From assembly GCA_035710305.1 (NCBI GenBank), contig DASTDQ010000142.1:1-58673 (forward strand): a stretch of 58,673 nucleotides of DNA, read 5' to 3'. The number at the start of each line of letters is the position of its first letter. Within the stretch, counting starts at the first letter, position 1. The notes under the pieces were generated by a model that saw only the letters and a program-made list of their open reading frames with translations, did no database searches and was not told where the DNA came from. The translations under genes were made by a program, and so were the position numbers. The DNA is from Vicinamibacterales bacterium. GTDB taxonomy: Bacteria; Acidobacteriota; Vicinamibacteria; Vicinamibacterales; UBA2999. Shown piece by piece: positions 53,696 to 58,673 of the stretch.

Positions 53696-54936
53696 TCGTC
53701 GTCAGTCAGGGCTCCCTCGGGCAGCCCCATGAGTCCGGCTTGCTTGAGGACGCGGGGCACGCGTTCGATCGGATCGGCCGGGGGAAGCTCGGGCGCAGTC
53801 GTCACGTCCAGATCGCGCAGCCGCCGGGCGCTGACGAGCACGCGCGATTCGAAGGACCCCGCGGCCTCGTTGTACGCCTGTACCGCTCCGTCCAATCGCT
53901 TGCGCACATCGTCGAAGCGATCCGCGAAGGTGGCGAGCCGTTCGTAGAACTCTTTACCGAGCCGGGCCACTTCCCGATAGTTCTCCGTCAGCGCCTCGTG
54001 CCGCCACGAGTGTGCGACCGTCGTCAGCAGCGCGATGAGCGTGATCGGGCTTGCCAGCAGGACGCGCTGCTCCAGCCCGTGTTCGATCAGCGTCAGATCC
54101 TGCTGCAGCGCCGCGCCGAACAGCGTTTCGCCCGGCAGGAACATCACGACCATCTCGGGAGAGTTGGGGAGCTCGTCCCAATACGCCTTGCTCCCCAGCC
54201 GGTCCATGTGCTCCCGGACCTGCCGCGCGTGTCCCTGCAGCCGCAGCGCGCGCTGCTCGTCGTCGGTGCACTCCTGCGCCTCGAGAAATGCTTCGAGGGG
54301 CGTCTTCGCGTCGACGACGATCTGCTTGTTTCCCGGAAGGTGGACGACGAGATCGGGACGGAACCGGCCGTTGTCGCTCGCAAGCCCGGGCTGTTCGTCG
54401 AAGTCGCACTGGTGCAGCATGCCCGAGATCTCGACGACCCGCCGCAGCTGCATTTCGCCCCAGCGCCCCCGGACGGCCGGCGTCCGAAGGGCCCTCGACA
54501 GCGTGCTTGCCGTGGATCCGAGTGCGATGACCTGCTCCGAGAGTCTCGAGTAGGCTTCGACACGCTCGCGTTCAGCGGTGTCGAGCCGCTGATCCACGCG
54601 CTTCAGCGTGTCGGCAATCGGCTGGCGGTACCCCTCGAACGATGTCTTCGCGAGATCGAAGAACGATGCGCGGTTGTCCTTCAGGGCGTCGGCGGCAAGA
54701 GATTGAAACGTGTCGCGCAAGCGCTGCTCGGCCCGGTCGACGAGGCTCTTGGCCGACTCGAGCGCCTCTTTCTGCCGCCCGGCGTCCTCGCGAACCCACT
54801 TGAGATCCTGGCGCGCGGCGGCCAGCTCCGCGGCGGCGGCAGCGCGAGCGTCGGCAACCTGACGCAAGGCGACGCTCCGCATGACGGCGAAGACCACGAG
54901 CGCGGTCACGGCGGACGCGATCAGCCACTCACTCAA
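53692..54936 (-). CDS. rmuC: DNA recombination protein RmuC
   Basis: N-terminal TM anchor, long coiled-coil, C-terminal RmuC nuclease-like domain (PDLVVHLPG...IVVDAKTP). Confidence 0.85.
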   Translation of the reverse strand: MSEWLIASAVTALVVFAVMRSVALRQVADARAAAAAELAAARQDLKWVREDAGRQKEALESAKSLVDRAEQRLRDTFQSLAADALKDNRASFFDLAKTSFEGYRQPIADTLKRVDQRLDTAERERVEAYSRLSEQVIALGSTASTLSRALRTPAVRGRWGEMQLRRVVEISGMLHQCDFDEQPGLASDNGRFRPDLVVHLPGNKQIVVDAKTPLEAFLEAQECTDDEQRALRLQGHARQVREHMDRLGSKAYWDELPNSPEMVVMFLPGETLFGAALQQDLTLIEHGLEQRVLLASPITLIALLTTVAHSWRHEALTENYREVARLGKEFYERLATFADRFDDVRKRLDGAVQAYNEAAGSFESRVLVSARRLRDLDVTTAPELPPADPIERVPRVLKQAGLMGLPEGALTDDD

Positions 54937-54995
54937 GGCTCAATGCTCACGGTTCGATGATTACACAAGGCGCCAGAAAAACATCCGATTCGTAA

Positions 54996-55973
54996 TTGCC
55001 AGCAGAACTGCACTGCGGGTTCACGAATTCCGGCCCGAATCCGCGCAGCGAGAGCGGCGCGGTCGTTGCAGCCGCGTCCGTCGTGGTTTCCCGAGTCGCG
55101 CACGAAGCGCCGTCGATCAGGCAGGACGGGTTCGGCGTCCGCCAGATCGAGGACGTTCCACGAGCCGGGAGGGTCGAGCGCCTTGCCGTGTCGCCCGCAC
55201 TCGCGACGCCCACGTCCGAACAGGCGATCCGGGCCCGCGCCGCTCATCTGAACAGGCTCGGCCCGGGACCGATCGGCCGAGTCGCCAAGATCGAGCGAAA
55301 GGCGTCGGGACTGATCATCACGAGCCTGTTGCCCGACGGCGTGCCGTTGTCGGACATCCTCGCCGCACTCGAGTTCGGCACGCTGACCTTGTCCGACGAC
55401 GAAGTGCTCGAGCTGGCGGCGTCGGTCGTTCGCGGAGCGGCCAGGATGCACGAGATGCTCGGTTCCCTCGCGCATGGCGCGCTGACGCCTGCGCACGTGG
55501 TGCTGATGCGTGACGGCACGTCGGTGTTCACCGGAGCCGTGTTCGGGGACGCGATTCAGTCGCTGCAGCGAAACCGCGAGAGCATCTGGCGCGAATTCGG
55601 CCTCGCGCTTCCAGCGGCGGCGGCCGCCCCGCGGTTCGACAAGCGGAGCGACGTCACCCAGCTGGGCGCGATCGTGCTGGCGATCGCCCTGCGCAGGAGC
55701 CTGCGTCGCGACGAGTTCCCGCGTGGGATCGGCGATCTCATCATGTTGACCACGGCCGCCTCGACGTTCGACGGCAACTCCAGGCTGCACATGTGGCTGC
55801 AGGACGGGCTGCAGCTGCACGGGCGCGTCGTGTTCGACTCGGCCGTGGACGCCTCGCGCGCCTTCGACCGCCTGCTGCCCGACGACTGCGGCGACGGGGC
55901 GGAAGCCCTGGCTCTTCGAACGGCGATCCTGCAGATGTCCGGCGCATCGTCCTCGGGCGCCTCTGCCGCTTGA
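54996..55973 (+). CDS. Hypothetical protein with degenerate protein-kinase-like core (predicted pseudokinase)
   Basis: HGALTPAHVVL occupies the HRDLKPxN position, with the catalytic Asp replaced. SDVTQLGAIVLAIAL resembles subdomain IX. No glycine-rich loop. The start is uncertain. Confidence 0.5.
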   Translation: MPAELHCGFTNSGPNPRSESGAVVAAASVVVSRVAHEAPSIRQDGFGVRQIEDVPRAGRVERLAVSPALATPTSEQAIRARAAHLNRLGPGPIGRVAKIERKASGLIITSLLPDGVPLSDILAALEFGTLTLSDDEVLELAASVVRGAARMHEMLGSLAHGALTPAHVVLMRDGTSVFTGAVFGDAIQSLQRNRESIWREFGLALPAAAAAPRFDKRSDVTQLGAIVLAIALRRSLRRDEFPRGIGDLIMLTTAASTFDGNSRLHMWLQDGLQLHGRVVFDSAVDASRAFDRLLPDDCGDGAEALALRTAILQMSGASSSGASAA

Positions 55974-56082
55974 GGGAGGACGCCGGTCCCGCGCTCCAGC
56001 GGCCAGCTTCCGCACACGCAACCCTGCTTGATACCATCGCTGATTGACGCGGCGGGCCCCGACGCGCCCGCCCGGATTGGTG

Positions 56083-57285
56083 ATGGGTCGACTGACGATT
56101 GCTCTCGCGTTGATGCCATGGCTCGCGGCGTGTGGCGGCCAGGCGCCGCCTGCCCCTGTCCTGCCCGACGTCTACCTCGCGCCCGATACGACCATTGCGC
56201 GAGGCGTCGTTGCTCCCGGCAGCACGCTCGAGACGATGCTCCTCGACCAGGGACTCGAGACCGGCGTCGTGCACGGGGTGATCGACGCCGTGCGGATGGT
56301 GTTCGATCCTCGCCGGCTCCGTTCTCTCCAGCCGTTCCTGCTGGAATTGTCTCTGGACGGCGCGCTGCGGCTCTTCGAGTACGAGATCGACGCCGCGTCC
56401 TTCCTCCGCGTCGGGCCCGGGCGTGATGCCGCGAACGCGCTTCACGCAGAGGTCGTGCCGATTCCCTCGACTCTCGTCCACGAATCGGTTCGTGGCGCCA
56501 TCGACGACGCCACGCCATCGCTGTTCCAGTCGGTTGAAGCCGTCGGTGAACAGCCCGACCTCGCCATTGCCATGGCGCAGATCTTCTCGGGCGAGATCGA
56601 CTTCAACAGCGAGCTGCAGCCTGGCGACCGCTATGCCATCGCCTTCGAGCGATTCGAGCGCGATGGTCGTCCCTCGTCCTACGGCGCAATCACGGCAGCC
56701 GAGTTCCGCAACGAGGGCCGTGTGATTCGAGCCATCCGTTTCACACCGGCCGGCCGCGAGCCTGGGTATTACGACGAAGAGGGGCGATCGCTGCGCCGAT
56801 TCTTCCTGAAGTCGCCGCTCAAATTCGAGCCGCGCGTCACCTCCGGCTTCTCGTCGCGGAGGATGCACCCGGTCCTGCACCAGGCGCGCGCGCATCGCGG
56901 CGTGGACTACGGTGCGCCGCGGGGCGCCGAGGTCGTGTCGGTGGCGTCCGGCCGGGTGCTCTCTGCCAGTTTCGACAACGCCAACGGCCGCATGGTCCGC
57001 ATCAGGCACACGTCGGGATACGTCTCTATGTATCTGCACTTGTCGTCCTTCGCCTCCGGAGTCCGCGCGGGGGCTGCCGTCGCGCAGGGGCAGACGATCG
57101 GCCGCGTCGGATCGACGGGCCTCGCAACCGGTCCGCACCTCCATTACGGACTGCAGAAGAACGGCGTGTTCGTGAACCCTCTTCGCGAGCACCGGAACAT
57201 GCCGCCGGGCGAGCCGGTCCCGAGCGCCGATCGTGCCGCGTTCAACGTCGAACGCGACCGGGCGCAGTCGCTGTTCTCGCAATAG
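56083..57285 (+). CDS. M23-family metallopeptidase (lipoprotein)
   Basis: HRGVDYGAP and GSTGLATGPHLHYG motifs. The ATG at 56083 gives the lipobox LMPWLAAC. The longer TTG-initiated ORF starts at 56044. Confidence 0.85.
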   Translation: MGRLTIALALMPWLAACGGQAPPAPVLPDVYLAPDTTIARGVVAPGSTLETMLLDQGLETGVVHGVIDAVRMVFDPRRLRSLQPFLLELSLDGALRLFEYEIDAASFLRVGPGRDAANALHAEVVPIPSTLVHESVRGAIDDATPSLFQSVEAVGEQPDLAIAMAQIFSGEIDFNSELQPGDRYAIAFERFERDGRPSSYGAITAAEFRNEGRVIRAIRFTPAGREPGYYDEEGRSLRRFFLKSPLKFEPRVTSGFSSRRMHPVLHQARAHRGVDYGAPRGAEVVSVASGRVLSASFDNANGRMVRIRHTSGYVSMYLHLSSFASGVRAGAAVAQGQTIGRVGSTGLATGPHLHYGLQKNGVFVNPLREHRNMPPGEPVPSADRAAFNVERDRAQSLFSQ

Positions 57286-57298
57286 CTCTCGTCTCCGT

Positions 57299-58519
57299 AT
57301 GGCCGCACTCGTTCCTTTCCGGGCGCTACGGCCGGCCGCGACGTCGGCGGCGCGCGTCGCCGCCGTTCCCTACGACGTCGTGAACACCAGCGAGGCGCGC
57401 GCGCTCGCATCGGACAACCCGCTCAGCTTTCTCCATGTGTCCCGAGCGGAGATCGACCTTCCCGATGGCGCCAGCCCGTACGCCGACGCGGTGTACGCGC
57501 GGGCTGCGGCGAATTTCGATCGGCTGCGGCAGCAGGCCCCGCTCGTCATGGAAGACGCGCCGCGCCTGTACGTCTACAGGCTGCGGATGGGCCGCCATTC
57601 CCAGACGGGCCTTGCCGCCTGCTTTTCGGTGGACGAGTACGAACGCCGCGTCATCCTCAGGCACGAGCACACGCGGCCGGACAAGGAGGACGACCGCACG
57701 CGACATCTGCTGACGCTCGGCGCCCAGACTGGCCCCGTCTTCCTGACCTATCGTGCGAGGCCGGCGGTGGATGGCCTCGTGGAGCGCGTGACGACGACGA
57801 CGCCGGTGTACGACTTCACCGCGATCGATGGCGTGCAGCACACGATCTGGCTCGTCGGCGCGGCGGAGGAGCGCCAGATCATCCTCGCGTTCGACGCGAT
57901 TCCGGCACTCTACATCGCCGACGGACATCACCGCGCCGCCAGCGCCGCCCGCGCGAGGCGGACGCTCGCCGGGGCGGCCCACGCCACGGGCGAGTGGGAC
58001 TGGTTTCTCGCCGTCGCGTTCCCGGATTCGGAGGTTCAGATTCTGCCGTACAACCGCGTGATCGCGGACCTGGCTGGCATGACTCCCGCCGCGTTTCTGG
58101 ACGCGTTGCGCGCTCGCGCCCTCGTCCAGTCCGGTCCCGCCGAGCCGCAGCGCCGCGGCGAGGTCGCGATGTTCCTCCAGGGTTCGTGGCACACGATCGT
58201 CCTTCCCGACGCGCCGGCAGCTGTGTCGCCTGCCGATCGGCTCGATGTGACACGCCTGCAGGCGACCGTGCTCGAGCCGTTGCTGCGGATTGGGGACGTT
58301 CGCACCGACAAGCGCATCGACTTCGTCGGGGGCGTACGCGGGACGGCCGAGCTCGAGGCCCGTGTGCGATCAGGTGTCGCGGCCCTCGCCTTCTCGATGT
58401 TTCCAGTTGACGCCGCCGACCTGATGGCGATTGCCGATGCCGGGGGCATCATGCCGCCCAAGTCCACGTGGTTCGAGCCGAAGCTCAGAGACGGACTGCT
58501 GTCGCATGTGATTAGCTAA
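57299..58519 (+). CDS. DUF1015-family protein
   Basis: N-terminus [12 protein letters not shown]...VPYDV and the later ADGHHR motif are typical of DUF1015. The ATG at 57299 was verified. Confidence 0.75.
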   Translation: MAALVPFRALRPAATSAARVAAVPYDVVNTSEARALASDNPLSFLHVSRAEIDLPDGASPYADAVYARAAANFDRLRQQAPLVMEDAPRLYVYRLRMGRHSQTGLAACFSVDEYERRVILRHEHTRPDKEDDRTRHLLTLGAQTGPVFLTYRARPAVDGLVERVTTTTPVYDFTAIDGVQHTIWLVGAAEERQIILAFDAIPALYIADGHHRAASAARARRTLAGAAHATGEWDWFLAVAFPDSEVQILPYNRVIADLAGMTPAAFLDALRARALVQSGPAEPQRRGEVAMFLQGSWHTIVLPDAPAAVSPADRLDVTRLQATVLEPLLRIGDVRTDKRIDFVGGVRGTAELEARVRSGVAALAFSMFPVDAADLMAIADAGGIMPPKSTWFEPKLRDGLLSHVIS

Positions 58520-58523
58520 GAGG

Positions 58524-58673
58524 ATGACGACGACGCGTGTGTTCAATTTCTCCGCCGGGCCGGCGGTCATGCCGCTGCCGGTGCTCGAGCAGGCGCAGCG
58601 CGAGCTCGTGGCGCTCCCCGGCGTCGGCATGTCCGTCATGGAAATCAGTCACCGGTCCCGGACATTCGAGGAC
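58524..58673 (+). CDS. serC: Phosphoserine aminotransferase, 5' fragment (runs off the window)
   Basis: [24 protein letters not shown]...[11 protein letters not shown] parallels the E. coli SerC N-terminus. Confidence 0.85.
   Translation, partial: MTTTRVFNFSAGPAVMPLPVLEQAQRELVALPGVGMSVMEISHRSRTFED

Noticed and set aside
1-58673. rRNA, tRNA, tmRNA, CRISPR arrays and insertion-sequence transposases
   Set aside because: I saw no tRNA T-arm/acceptor patterns, regularly spaced repeats or transposase-like ORFs on either strand. The only repeats found are the short ones reported.

Overview
High-GC (about two-thirds G+C by eye) bacterial chromosomal segment. It is probably from an Acidobacteria-like genome, because the VWA protein at 41555-42538 has the N-terminal signature typical of acidobacterial VWFA-related proteins. 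I saw no rRNA, tRNA, CRISPR array, transposase, integrase or phage genes. The window opens with a palindromic parS site and parA-parB. Housekeeping genes follow: rfaE2-like, mfd, a SurA-like PPIase, a NusG paralog, dus and gmhA. The second half is mostly housekeeping or envelope functions: fabZ-like, DsbD-like, NuoG-like, M1/M49/M23 peptidases, kbl, aminotransferases, malQ, glnS, rmuC, and the serC 5' end. The unusual part is a roughly 17-kb regulatory island at 9259-26476. It holds three PilZ genes with intact c-di-GMP-binding motifs. It also holds a PilT-type ATPase homolog in which every catalytic motif is replaced, and a degenerate GGDEF protein that keeps its RxxD I-site. Two apparently active GGDEF cyclases, three sigma54 enhancer-binding proteins (two lack any receiver domain), a lone receiver, a hybrid histidine kinase, a DHp-only mini-protein and a FliA-type sigma factor complete the island. 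Five sequences with exact sigma54 -24/-12 geometry (GG-N10-GC with TTGC) sit immediately upstream of operons in this island, including the FliA-type sigma gene. My main hypothesis is an undescribed c-di-GMP/PilZ-gated sigma54 circuit. In it a PilZ gene is translationally coupled to a receiver-less activator, and another PilZ gene is coupled to a pseudo-PilT. Separately, I found a small CTAG-bounded, inverted-repeat (MITE-like) element family with a 20-nt exact match between two distant loci. The CTAG ends of these elements coincide with the TAG stop codons of three genes. Many long ORFs on the opposite strand of real genes are treated as high-GC shadow ORFs. All functional calls are by-eye motif or homology recognition, and no searches were run.
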